From contig NW_003526946.1 in NCBI RefSeq assembly GCF_000181795.1, positions 299,668 to 363,667 on the forward strand: a stretch of 64,000 nt of DNA, read 5' to 3'. Of this stretch, positions 38,501 through 51,654 are shown piece by piece. The position numbers and the translations under genes are program-made. Origin of the DNA: Trichinella spiralis (lineage: Eukaryota). Below the pieces are notes generated by a model. It made no database searches. It had not been told where the DNA came from and saw nothing but the letters and a program-made list of their open reading frames with translations. Position 1 is the first letter of the stretch; each line of letters starts with the position of its first letter.

Positions 38501-39329
38501 ATCTAGAAGCGATAAGAAAATTTCAAATCAAAAAAAGTAGTATTAATTTTTCTTGAAATAAAAAACAAAACAAGACGTTACGTAGAAAATATAATACAAC
38601 TTTTCATTAAAATGTAATAATATTGTGTTCACACGTTGAAGAGGTGAAAAAGTTCGAACTTGTTATGCTAATTTTTGCAAGACAAAAATTCACTACCGCT
38701 TGAGCCTTTTTGTATAATGAACGAGAAAATTTGCATTGTATTTTGCGTGGAAATTTCCAAACCCCAAACACTGATAAAATGCTCCCTTCAAAAGCTGTCC
38801 TGTGATAACTGTGAAAAGCTGTCAACTTCAAAAAGATGATTGTAATTTTTTTTGTTTATTTGTGGTAAGTGATAAGCTGCTTGTTTTGTTTTCGCTTTCA
38901 TTGAAAATAGAGAAGAAAACAATATTTCCAATGCTTCAATTTTTCGACAAAAAGCGTGCGTTGCTTCATTTTCAATTCATGCAATGCGTTGCCAACTTTC
39001 ACCAGAACAGAAATCGTTATTAAGCAAATTTTTTAAATGTAAATTTGAATAAACAAACACTCGAATAGAAGAAATTAATATTTTTCGTGATTTGTTTGTT
39101 GAAATTTAAAAATAGTTCTGAGAAAATTAAAAATTTTCAAATTTTTATTACTTCTCACCTTTTTTCAAATGAACCCCTTTCAGCGTGGAGAAATAAGCAA
39201 ATAAATATGTTGCAAAAATATGAATATTATACTGAGCAATGAATAAAACGATAGTTACTTTGAATTGTGGTTGTAAAATTGCAAATTGAACACTTTTGAA
39301 AAAAAAACGAAACAACACTGCTCTGTCAG

Positions 39330-39490
39330 TGCATGCTCTCATCTATATACCCTACTTGGTCCCTCTCCCACGGCTTCCAATACGACCCCTCGGTCAAACA
39401 GGTCCTGCCTGCCTGCCGTCAATGGCGCCAAAACTTCAATTCTAACCTTTTCATGGCGCCACAACTATACCCCTCATACCCTTTCATCTT
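39330..39490 (-). promoter_or_regulatory. Candidate promoter with E2F-type site(s) and a TATA-like element
   Basis: Locally GC-rich. The minus strand has TTTTGGCGCCA (39423-39433), a second TGGCGCC core at 39454-39460 and GGGTATATAGA near 39342-39352. Confidence 0.35.
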
Positions 39491-41750
39491 TGCGTTAATT
39501 TTTCTTCTTCATCTCACAATCACATAATCATGTGACAGTTTTTATTTATTAAAAAAGTGAAAATCAACGCAAATGTTGCTAATTCACTGGATTAATCATC
39601 TCACAAATATTATCACTTTTTCAAATTATAAAATAACAATAGGGCATTTCATACATTCAAAAATTGAATATATTTTGTTATTATTAAATTCAATTTTAAT
39701 TTTTATAACATAATTTTTACATGTAAATACACGGAATGGTGGATTTAAAAATTTGTTATTACTTCAAAATGTATTTAAATTTTGAACATCTAACTTTCTT
39801 CGTCTGCTGTTGTTTTGTAATAGCATTTGTCAACATCTTACATGAACAAGTAAAGTGTACAGCATTTTGTGAACATCAAGCAAAATAATCAACCGCATAA
39901 TAATGCTCAAACATTATGTAAATGCATATTTCATGCACTTTAATTATCATTGTGTGAAATTTTTTATCACTGCTGTTATCGTCGCCCGTAAAATTTATTT
40001 ACATAAAGTTATTATGTCCATCATCAAGTAACTTATTCACATGTTTATTTCTTCAAGGAAAAAAAGCAGATTCTGAATTTTCAAAAATTTATTTCACATA
40101 TTCATTTCAATGAATCTTCAACCGACACCTACTAAACTGTCATTTTTTATCTGCTAATATTTTTTTTCAAATTCAAACAAACACATTTTAAAATTTGTTG
40201 TTTTAAATATATTTCTGTCAATAATCAGCAATACATTTCAAAAAAATCTAACATTACTTACCTGAAATTCCATTTCACTTATGAACAGTTTTGCAGCTCA
40301 TCTTTTTCAAGAACCATGGAATATCACAAAAACAACTAATAAATTAATATCTACATCTTTTTCAAATTTGCGTAAAAGTAGTCTTTCTAAGTTTCAGATT
40401 TTATTCTTTTTTTGTGTTTTTCATACTGTCAGTTTATAGTGATATATAAAAGGAACTTGAATAACTGTTTAGGTAGTTCCATTTTTTGCTACTAAGAATG
40501 TTTATAGCCATCGTTTTTTCATTTCTCTACTCTGAATTCACAATAAAATCTGTGATTTAGCATATCAACGAATTATGACGAAAATAATTATGCAAACTCA
40601 ATCAATTGTGGGAACTTTTACCAAAAAAAACCCAAGTTGAATAATTCGCAGTCAACAAATAGCTCATTTAAAAATTGAATCTTTAAAAATCACACAAAAT
40701 GAAAACAACAACTAAAATTGACAAAGCTTTCTAAATTTATTGCTACATTTTACTGAATTTTAAAATAAAGCTTGAAATTCATTATACGGTTAATTTGAAT
40801 TACAGTATGAATTTTTGGAGTTTAAGATTACATTTTCGCCCGATCAAATATTTGTACGCACAGTTGATTCTTCTTTATGAGCAATTTTTAAAATTTATCT
40901 CACTTTTAAAAATTTAATCATAATTTTGAATAATTCAGAAGCTTAATGAAGAAAAGTCGGAAAATGAAAACTGATGTATCTGTATTTGTCTTTGAAATTG
41001 CATTATTTTATAGGCATTGGTTCTTTTCGATTAAAATCACCACTGAGCTAATGGTTTTGCAATACATTATAGAGTAAATTTTGATTTAATTGCACAATGC
41101 ATTTATTTTTTATTTAAAAATATAAATTTTTAAATAAATCTTTTTTGCTGATTTTTTTTGCAAACATTTCTCATTTTATAAGATTAAATGTTTGTTTTTA
41201 AACAGTTGTTTTTCAAAATAATTTTCCATTATTAATAAACATTATAAATTTGTTAAAATTGTATAATTGTTAAAGTTGCTCATTGACAATGGTTGAAATC
41301 GTTTTTTTTTAAATTCAGTCAGCTCATGCACGCTAAGCTAATTTGTATTTGATTGAAACTTGAGAGAAATTCTCGTTGACTTTTGTCTTAAATTTAATTT
41401 ATCATAAAATGTCTATTTATAAATAATTTAAGCTTTGCTGCTTTGTATTGATTTTTGTATAATATTATTAATAATGAAGCATTTTTTTGTTGTTTATACT
41501 GTTTGAAATGCAGTTGCTTTACAAAGTATGAAAATTTATGAGGAAACTTCCATGACAGTGCAAATGTATTTGATATAGACTATATTTTGAACAGAAAACG
41601 CGTTCAAATAATAGTTGATTTGATTGATTTTATTGTGGATGGTTTTATAAAAATTTATGTAATCGGTTAATTTGATCAAATATTGAAAGTGGATGAATTT
41701 TTTGAAAATTAAATTTTAGTTCAATTTAGAGTGACGATGAAACTTTATTA

Positions 41751-44700
41751 ATGGACGTATCCAATTCTTCTGTAATAAAGTCCAGGTCTAGAGTGAAGTC
41801 TGGCAGAAAATGTCGACCAGAAGTTGACTTTTCCGCTGGTATTACAAGTCCATTATATGCAATGGAAACGGATAACATGGAATCGGTTTTGCCTACAAAA
41901 GCGAGGTAAGCCTAGGATTTTTTGTACATATACGTGTGTGTCTGTGTGTAAAGTAATATTGTTTTATTTGAAATAAATGGATTTTAGAAATGCATTGATT
42001 GAAAATTGGATATAGTGTAATAAATTGTTTTATAATTAAAGTATCTGCTTTAAAAGGCAATTTTTCTTCTTTGCACATTCGTCGACTGTTGGTAATTGAA
42101 TTGAAAGCAATTTGTAAAATGTTTTTTTTTCTCTCTACTTTCAATTTCTATTACGATGCTTGGTTTGTGTTGAATTCTACCGATCTAGCTGAGCCGAGAT
42201 GAAGCAAGAAGAAGTTAAAGCGTGCAATCAGGCAATTTTTCCCCCAGTTTCCCCAGTGAAGAATATTTATTTTGTCATGATGGTCATTTGGAAGAGTTGA
42301 AAATATTGAAGAAGCTTGGCTTGGTTGAGCGTTTCGATCCTCAGCTTAGACGTTTTGAATTTGATTTTGAAAAATTTTTCTCCAATCGATCTTGTCAAAG
42401 CGGCCGGCCGTTCGTTGTGTTTCCACGTCCACCATTTTCTCATCTATTAAAAGTGTGATGTTTTACTTTCCCGTCGCGTTGGTTGTGTGATTTTTCTTTC
42501 TTTTTGCCTCTTTTTTATTCCAAATTTTTTCGCCTGGTGTCAGTATGATGTGGCGTCTCTTATTCTCACTCTACATATGTGTGTGTATGTGTGGTCGCTT
42601 TTGATGAGATCAATTTTCTGGACAGCTTCTTATAAAAGTCGACTATAAAATTTTTCCTTTTCCATATATCATCACTCGGTTGGTTGGTTGGCTGGATCAG
42701 TGGTGGTATTTGCATCGTTTTGAAGCGCATCAACAAAATTTTTACCAAAATATTAAAATAATTATAATAATGAGCGACCGGGAATTGGAACCACCGGATT
42801 GTGACCGTGTTTTTGTGTTTCACAGATCTCGACTGTACGAACTGTTTGGCCAGATTGAAAAAGAGTTTGAAGCATTGTACGTTGAAAATTTATCCCGTAA
42901 GTTTTATTGATTTTTTTTGCATTTTCTTTTTGTTTTTTTTCAAAAATATATAAAATTTTCTTCCAACTTGAAAACTTTTCTACTGCTGTTTATTCGACAT
43001 TTATATTTAATAATCCGTAGTGGAATTGTTCACTTAATCATGTTGGCTTTGTGTGTGTGTGTGTGTGTGTGTAAATTGTTTGTTGACGTTGGTTGGTAAA
43101 TGCATTTTGTTTACCAGTAAAGTAAGTAGTGGTATTGCTTGGCTGTGTTGCTGAGCAATAAGTAGCATTTAGTTAGTTGGTTCGTCGGTTGCGGTTGAAA
43201 ATTGTTTTGCAAAATTTTGCACCAATGTTCCAAATTTCTAAAGATGAATTGAAAATGAGTTTAATCGACTTCAATGCACCCAGCATGGGCAAAGCGTTGA
43301 AAACTGCATTAGCAGGTAAAATATGCAAAATAGCAGAGGAGCAGAGAGGGGGAGGGAATTTTTATTCGAAAATTTTATTCTCAACTTGTACAATTAATTG
43401 TAAGTTGAAATTCACTTTTCAAATTTCAGTACACACCAAAGTGGAAGCGTTGACGGATCGTCTTGCCGAAGGCGGTATGCCGTTGGAGAAAGCGGCGGAA
43501 ATTTTCGCCATCACCAACGAAGCCGTCGCTGGTGGCAACAAAGCTTCCAGCAAGAAGAGTAGTGAGTATTATTATTATTATTATTGTGTTGGGTTTTTGT
43601 TTTATTGTATATGATAATATAAATTCGGTTCAGCAATTCAAATGGGCCAGAAGTTGAAGACCGCTTTCAAAGTGCCTCCTGGACGGAACTTGGTCTCCAG
43701 CTTCAAAGTTGGAAGTGACCCGAACAGGGTGCGCTATGTGCGTACTTTCAAAGGACACCGAGACGGTGTATGGCATGTCGACGCAGCGAAATCCAATTTA
43801 CTGTGTTCCACGTCAGCAGGTGAGCAGGGCTTAATTTGAAAATATTCCACTTAACTGGATATTATTAATCTATTTTTCACATTCATCGATCATTTTTGAA
43901 AAAAAATTGAAAAATTTTAATGTTTTAATAATTTAATAATCATTTAATCGTCAGTGCTTTTCCATTAGCTTAAACGCATGTTTGTTGCGACTAAGCGAAG
44001 GATTAATTTGCACTGTTTTTTTTTCAAAACATCTCGATTACTTTGAATAATCGTTTGAAGAAAATTATTAATTATTGAATGAAGATGAGAAAGAAAATTT
44101 TCAGATCAAACAGCTCGAATTTGGTGCATCGAGACAGGCGTATGTTTTGCTCAGTATGTTGGCCATGAAGGATCAGTAAATTGTGCACGTTTCAACTTGA
44201 CTAATAACGGCAACGGCGACAACATCCTTGTTGTGACCGCCAGTGGTGACCAATCGGCGCACATCTGGAAAGCTCCAACTACATTTAATCAACAACAACA
44301 AGAAGAACAACAGCAACAACAACAACAACAACAAACAGTTGGGGCGTGTCATCATCATTCGTCAGAAGATGAGAAATGTTCAGATAAAGAGGAAATTATT
44401 GGAGATGGTACGATGTATTAAATTAATTAATTAATTAATTTTAAATGTAATTTTTTATTCACTTTCAGAAAGTGAAACTCTGCTGACCATTCGACAGCCG
44501 TTGTTGAAACTTACTGGTCACAGTTGTCCGGTGATAGCGGCCGATTGGACAGCGAACGACAATCAAATAGTCACCGCATCCTGGGATCGTACGGCGAACG
44601 TGTTCGACGCGGAACGTGGTGAAATTGTGAACATTTTATCCGGCCACGATTTGGAATTGAACTACTGCTGTGCGCATCCGTCGCAGAAGTTGGTTGTCAC

Positions 44701-45386
44701 TGCGAGCCGCGACACCACATTTCGTTTGTGGGATTTTCGAGAATCCATACACAGCGTATCCGTATTTCAGGGTCATACAGAGTACTTTAGTGCATAATAT
44801 TATGTATTTATTTATTTATTTGATATGAGAAAATATTATTTTTCTCCCGCAGATCTGTAACGAGCGCCGTATTTACCGGAGCGGATAAAATTGTCTCTGG
44901 CAGTGATGATCGATCTGTCAAAGTTTGGGACTTTCGCAACATGCGTACCGCGTTGACTACCATAAGGATGGATTCGCCCGTCAATCGGTAAAGCGAAATT
45001 TCCACACAACATCTATTGTTGTATTATTTTATTTCCAAAATCCCCCAAAATATTTATTTTTCATTTCTTCCAGCATTGCCGTTTCTCGAACGTCGAACAT
45101 CATTGCCATTCCTACGGACAACCGACAAGTGAGATTGTACGATTTGAACGGAGTTCGTATAACAAGACTCCCGTCGACCAGTCGTCGAGTAGAGGAGAAG
45201 AAATTTTTTTTCCCACTGAAATTTCATATTTATCATTATTACTGCTTTTTGAAGGGCCATCATCGGATGGTTTGCTGTTGCGCTTGGGCGGATGACAACA
45301 GTCATTGCAATTTGTTCAGCTGTGGTTTCGACAAGCTGGTACTTGGATGGAACGTGATCACATCGACCATGAAAGATAAAGAATGA
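41751..45386 (+). CDS. WDR37: WD repeat-containing protein 37, 9 exons
   Basis: Exon 1 (41751-41905, ...ESVLPTKAR) splices in phase to 42826-42896 ([22 protein letters not shown]). Further exons start near 43430, 43634, 44105, 44468, 44853, 45074 and 45256 and carry WD repeats ([52 protein letters not shown]). Confidence 0.95.
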
Positions 45387-45936
45387 AATTATTATTATTT
45401 TTTAACTGTAGACATTTCTTTTTTAATCCAAATACTAGAGACCACTTTACGACACACTACACTATGCGAGGCATGGCCCTTCTTTTCTTTTCTTTTTCAA
45501 TGTAGCAAAACAGGAACTATTCACCCGAATGTGTATGAGCAAGTTTATTCGTATTGTACTTTCATTCTCGAAGTCGGATTTTAATTCAACAATTTCCACT
45601 CCGCATCTCTCCAATGAAAGAATAACTCAGTTGAAACGTCTTTATTATTTTTTTCGTAAATTTTCATCAATTTACTGAATGAATTTTTTTCATGCGTCAA
45701 CACAAAAAATAAAGTAGTGCAATTTGATAATATTTCAGTTTTTTTCACTAAGCACGATTTGATTTGTTTCAAAAATGTTGAAAAGCATAACAAACAATTT
45801 AAAACATTTTGTAAACAAAAAAATTCTGTTACAGTATTTCAAAAATGTACTTGATTATTTTTTTGTTTCGTCCAGTTCGTCTGATCTGCAATCGGTTCGT
45901 CGCTGGTGAATATTGTTTTTCCTGCTTTCCCACGTT

Positions 45937-48028
45937 ATGGATGTTAGAGTTGTCCAGTTGAAGTTGGTTCTTCTGACGAGTGTTTTGGTCGGTGTGAATT
46001 CGGATGTTCTGTTGGACCACGCGTCAGATGTGATTTCCAGTCGATATCCGTCCGGTGTTTCGATACAAATTCGACCGTTTTGGCTCCACATGCAGAACGC
46101 CATTTACCACAAATCATCACACTACACATATACCGTATTTCGACATTTGCTTTATGAAAAGGAGGATTTGAAAAATTACTTGAACACTCGACTGGCTTTC
46201 AGAAAATTAGAGGACGCTGTATTGACGCACGGCAAATCGCCCAAGTTCGATTTCTTTTTTCCCAAGGACGGGGTGCAGATGTGGCGAGAGTATGCCCGTT
46301 TGCCGTCCAAGTCGGTCTTCGACAACTACAGCCATTCGGAATATTATTTCTTCTTCGCCAACTCGGTGCTGGGCCACAAGGTTCGACTCACTGATCAGAA
46401 GAGTGTTTTCGATTTTCAAAATACTTATCATTTGAAAAGGATCTTCCACGGCAACCATCCGTTCAAAATACCCTGCTACGTGCGCAACAGGGAAAGACTG
46501 GCCAACGGTCAGGCCAATCAGTTCTACCGAATGGACTGGACAACAGCGGTGAAGAAAATGAGTCAAGGGAGGACAGTTGTTGGCGAATCAGTTCACGATG
46601 TGATCAGAAGAATTTCCATTTCAAGCTGTTTTTTCATTTTTAATATGCTATTTTTTCTTTTTTTAGATGTTTACTGATTTGATAGAAAATAATAAATTGA
46701 GATTGTCGACGATACATCATTTCGAACAGCCAGGAGGCAGTCATTTAGCCGACGGAGGTGGTTATTATCTGTTCGTGCATGCTGAACAACAGCCGTTGGT
46801 CATGAAACGAAAGGAGGACAGGATGCAGCAGGGCGTGTTCTACTGTGCAAGCGACGATCGCGAAGATCCAGAAGTTCTCATCTTTGTCGATTACTCGACC
46901 AAAATTTTCACCTCGTCTGATCTCACCACTGATGACCCTCCGAAAAACGTTGAAGCAGCTTGGCTGAATTTGGAAAAATTTGTCCACTGGAGTCCGTGGA
47001 GCAGTTGTTGCAGCGCTTCTCCAGAGTAAAAAACTACTACTACTACTACTACTAATAATAATAATAACTGTTTTTTCTTCTTGTTGTTTGTTGTTCTATG
47101 TTTGCTCATTGTTAGGGGATATTTGTTTCGAGAAGGTCGCTGTGCTTACAGAAAGCTGAATATGGCGAGTGCGTTGACAGTGGCCGGCGTTTCCGGCATC
47201 AAAGAATTGGATTATCTCCTCACAACGGCAGAGTTTCGTGAAAGTGGCATTCCGTGCACGTCGGCAATGTTTCGTGAACAGATCAACAGTAAATTTTGGA
47301 AAAAGCATCTACCAATCGATGATAAAATCTACATCCAGTCGAAACACTGCGAAACCAACGAGCTGGATCTGATTGAATGTCAAAAGAATCCTGCCAACGA
47401 GGAAACTGGCAGTGAAGAATCTGTACCAGAAGCCGTCGACACCACAGACGTGAAAACTGAATCGTCGGAAAAGCAAAAACCGAAAAAGCCCAAACTGTCC
47501 AATTGTCCGCTTTGTAGATTTCCGTTCAAGCACAAGAAGGTTTTCGTTTTCGAAGAACAGACGTTCGAATTCAAACCGATGGACAATTTGATACTCTACT
47601 GTGGCCACAACGAAACCGTTTCGAGCAAACATGTCGTCCAGTGGGTTGACGAGGACATGAAGCCGTTAAAGGGATGCTTGGAGAACATGGACATTTTGGT
47701 CGAAGGGAACGAGCTGCACATCCACGCGATCACAGATCAGGCAGTTTACCACTGCGAAGTGAAAAAGAATCTCGTCGGCACTGTCACGCTAGTGCCCAGG
47801 GATATTATGTTCGTGGATCCGCTTTGGCTGAGCGTTGGCGGTACAGTCGCCGGCATTATTCTCATAATAAGTTGCTTCGGTTGGATGGAAAAGAATCCCC
47901 AAAGCGACGACGACGGTGACGATGACGAAGAATGCGATGATCTTGGCAGACTGCAGAGACCCGTGGAAAGGGTCAAAAAGTACGTCGCTAAACAACTGGG
48001 AAGAAATTGTCGTCTTGAAAAGCCTTGA
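45937..48028 (+). CDS. Type I membrane protein with signal peptide, Ig-like domain(s) and a WxxW-C (TSP-like) segment; FAM187-like; about 644 aa, 3 exons
   Basis: Exons 45937-46599 (donor weak), 46667-47025 and 47116-48028. Signal peptide LKLVLLTSVLVGVNS; GVFYC; WSPWSSCC...GYLFREGRCAY...GIPC; Ig-like LILYC..VQW..LHI..AVYHCEV; TM segment LWLSVGGTVAGIILIISCFGWM. Confidence 0.7.
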
Positions 48029-49703
48029 CTGCTGTGCTAGCCAATTTTGTTTGTTATTATTAATTATGAAGCTTTTTGACCGTCTTTCACACTTGCATAT
48101 TGAATACTGAATTAAAATTCAGAAAAATTTCTTCTGAAAACTGCATGAACCTGATCATCATCAATCTAGCACAGTATATTGCAACTTTCTTTTATTGGTC
48201 AATGTGAAATTTTTCCAAATTAAAAAATTTTTCTCACCTTTTTATGACATATTTCCATATATTTTGATAAAATCAAATTTAACAAATAATATTTTGCTTA
48301 AACGTTTTTGTATTCTTATATAATTAATTAAATTTAATTTAATTTTATTTTATGTTACACACCTTATTGCACTGTTTTGATATGAAAATTCACTTTGAAC
48401 AATTAATTTATTGCAAACGTGAATAGGTGTTTAAAATTGTATCGGTTTTTGAAATAAAAATAATAAAAAGTTCAAGTCAGTTTTGGATGCAATTGTCCAA
48501 TGAGGAAATTTACTGTTTTTAACAAAATGATAATTTCAATCACGCTGAAAGCTCGCTTTCAACATGTGCATAAATTGTTGGGATGAAATTTTTCCAACCA
48601 CACTAAGGCATTGTTGCGTTATCACAAATGCAACCCAAATCCCTCGTTGTTGCCAACTCCGTTATTGGGCATTGAGCGTGAAGAAGCAACTGGGTCACGC
48701 GCCACTGTTTTCAGTACGCCGTCAAACGTGAAAAAAAGAGAAAAGAAATTTCACTGCCAATTAAACATTGCTCTTTGAATTAATAATAACAAATATGAAT
48801 TGAAAAAGAATATTTATGTTCAAAATCCAGAACTCCCGTTCACGATGCTTTCTTTACAACTTTCGACACATCTATCTATCTTATCTGCATTATTTTCGTA
48901 CAAACAAATTCCTAACTACAATTGTCTACGTTTGAAATATGGTCACAAATATGTAAACTGTGTTCAATCAAAGTAGTTTGCATATGCAAAATTTGGATGG
49001 ACTGATATGCAAATTTTGTGACAAACATGTAAATTTTATATCAGCTAACATTTGGATGTCGTTCTGCCAATCGTACATCTACCGCAGTAAAAAATTTAAC
49101 ACAAATTCCATCCACTAATTATACTGTATCATGTGCATAAGTATGATGAAAAAAATTGTTCACTTCTTTGATGAACAGAATTTTTTGCCAGTTTTTACTA
49201 AAAGATAGCTTGCATTTGCATAAATTTAAATTGGCCAATCAGAAAAAGCTTGAGTTAACTGTAGACATGTAATTATAGTTTTACGAAAAAATACTTCACT
49301 AATATTGCATAATTTTAAGAAAAAAATTATTAAATTAAATAATGAATTTTTTATAGTTGAGTTTTGCTTTTAGAATTATGCTTTTATATTTCATAATCTT
49401 GATTTTTAATTTTCCAAATACAGTAAACCAGCCAGTTCCTGAGTATATAAGCTTTCGTTTGCAGTGTAATAGGTAGTTATTCGCGCTGTCGTCGTGGTAA
49501 GTTGACTCGCTTTTGCATTTTCTTTTCAACCTTTATGTGAATCCGAAAGGCTCTGTTTGACTGTATTAAATAAGTAAATATCCATATATATATAGATATT
49601 TATTTATATCTATATATAGTGAGTATCCGGAGCTTCTGAGTTGATTCACTTCATATTGTCGACGATTATAATGTAATTAATTTACTGGTTTTTTGCAGCA
49701 GAA

Positions 49704-51046
49704 ATGCCGTTTTCCACCGATTCTCCGTACGCAAAGTATGGTGCTGCTGGAGTTCTGCATTGCACTCTCTGCAATACTAGAGTACGAAACGTAAAGTGCT
49801 GGGTTGCGCATGTACGAGGACTGCAGCATCGGAATGTATGTAATTTGAACGTTTTCACTTTTTTCCACTAAATTTATCCAAAAATGTATATTTTAGAATT
49901 TGATTGCTCGAAAAGCAGCGCAGGAAAAAGCGGCGGCAGAGAAAGCTAGCGGGTCTGGTTTGGTGCCAGAAAAGCGAAAGGCGGACGAAGCATCTGGATG
50001 TGAAGTTTCAACGAAGATTGCGAAGGGTAATTTTTGGCAGCATCAGCTTTTTTTGCAATTGATTTTTTGTAGGTAATTCTTACGCAACGCAGCCGGAAAT
50101 GGAAGGGTACAAGTTTGTCATATTTCTTTTGAAAATAAACCGTGCAGAAAGTATTCCATTTCAGACTTCCTGAAGATTTTTTTGACAAGAATGATGGCGA
50201 TCAGCAGTCCACTGTAGCAGAGGGTAAAATTGACTGTGTTTATTTTGCATCTAGTGGACACCGATTTTTTCAATTCTTCGTTGACAATATTTCAGTTGAT
50301 GACGAATCGGATGATAGTGTAGTCGGTGAGGAAATGGATCAAGAGACTAGTAAATTGAATTCGAATACTGAGACTGAATTGCCAGAAGGGTTTTTTGACG
50401 ATCCAAATAAAGATGCTGAGGTATTGATGATGTACTTTTTTGACTGTTTTTGTTTTGTAAAAAATTTTGCATTTTGTAAGGTCCGAAAAGTTGATGTTCG
50501 AAATACTGTAGAAGAGGAATGGCAGCGCTTTCAAAAAGAAATGAAATTGGAAGAACAAATTTCCAGTGCTATTAATGAGGAGGAATATGAGGCGTTGGTT
50601 TTTGAAAGAAGTGTAGAAGAAGCGGATGAGGAGATGTGAGATTTTTTATTACATATTTTTTCGAAAACAAATGATATTATGTTAAATATTATTTTCATAT
50701 TATTCATTCAGAATTTATTTTTGTTTTTTTGTGCAAGTTAATATTGTGATTTGTTTTGGCATACTGTAGTTTTTTTCCTGAAATTCAAGTATTACAATGA
50801 TTTTGTTTTTAACTTTTCTGAAATACAGATTGTTTTTCAACAACAAATGATAATTTTTTTAATTTGTATTTTAGCCGTGGTTGGACCAGAGTGAACATGC
50901 TTGAGAAGAAGGTGGAGAGCAAAAAAAAAGAAGCACCTCTTGCACGTGCGGAATCGAATTCATCGATTTCCGACATCAGTCAGGAGGACTTTGAAGAACA
51001 AGACATTGATGAAGCTATGAAATGGCGCTCCAAATCGTTCATCTAA
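49704..51046 (+). CDS. ZNF830: Zinc finger protein 830 (CCDC16), 7 exons
   Basis: Exons 49704-49835 (DSPYAKY..LHCTLCN..WVAHVRGLQH zinc finger), 49897-50026, 50073-50106, 50165-50223, 50296-50420 (LPEGFFDDP), 50481-50635 (EEEWQRFQKEM) and 50875-51046 (WRSK). All junctions are phase-compatible. Confidence 0.9.
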
Positions 51047-51654
51047 ACGCTCTGCGTCAATTGGCAGTTACTAATCACTAACTACTTAAGTTACTTAACT
51101 GAGTTGTTTTTGTTTTAGCTTCTCTGTTTTGGTGTAAAAAGATTTCATGCATGAAACCTTTTTCACATTTTCCACTATTGTTGTTTTTATTATTTTAACG
51201 AATTTTTCCAAAACGTTCGAGCATGCAGGAAACACATGCTATTTTAACTGTTCTGCTTTTGTCCGCATTATGCGAACATGCGTTTAAGATGATTTATATT
51301 ATTTTTTAAATGTTTGAAATGCATATATATATATTCTGCTATTCTCTCAAATATTTATTCTGTTCTCTTTTTGCTATTTTGTTGGTCGGTACTGATTGAA
51401 ACTGCTGCATTGGTTGCTTGTTGCAATATTGAAATGGAGCAAGCAGGCAGGCAGCACATATTGAATTTAACCGTTGCAATTTGTGTGTGAATTAATTTGT
51501 TTTCAAGAAACAATGAGTTTTTTTCTTTCATTTTTATTTGGTAAACGTCTCACGAATGGTGCTACATCTTTTTACACATGTAATAAGTTAGTAGAGGTGT
51601 TAGTTTTACATGTGGTGGTTTCTTTTTGGTATTTTCTTGTTATTTGTCGAATCT

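Noticed and set aside
42770..42825. In-frame ATG (MSDRELEPP...) as the WDR37 start
   Set aside because: Upstream exon 41751-41905 has a strong donor, the correct phase and an LP-x-x-x-R context that fits WDR37 better. It remains only a possible minor isoform.
48673..48683. TGAGCGTGAAG matching U3 snoRNA box B; also a weak SRP Alu-like start on the minus strand nearby
   Set aside because: No U3 box A, C or D at the expected spacing, and no SRP UGUNR or helix-8 motif.
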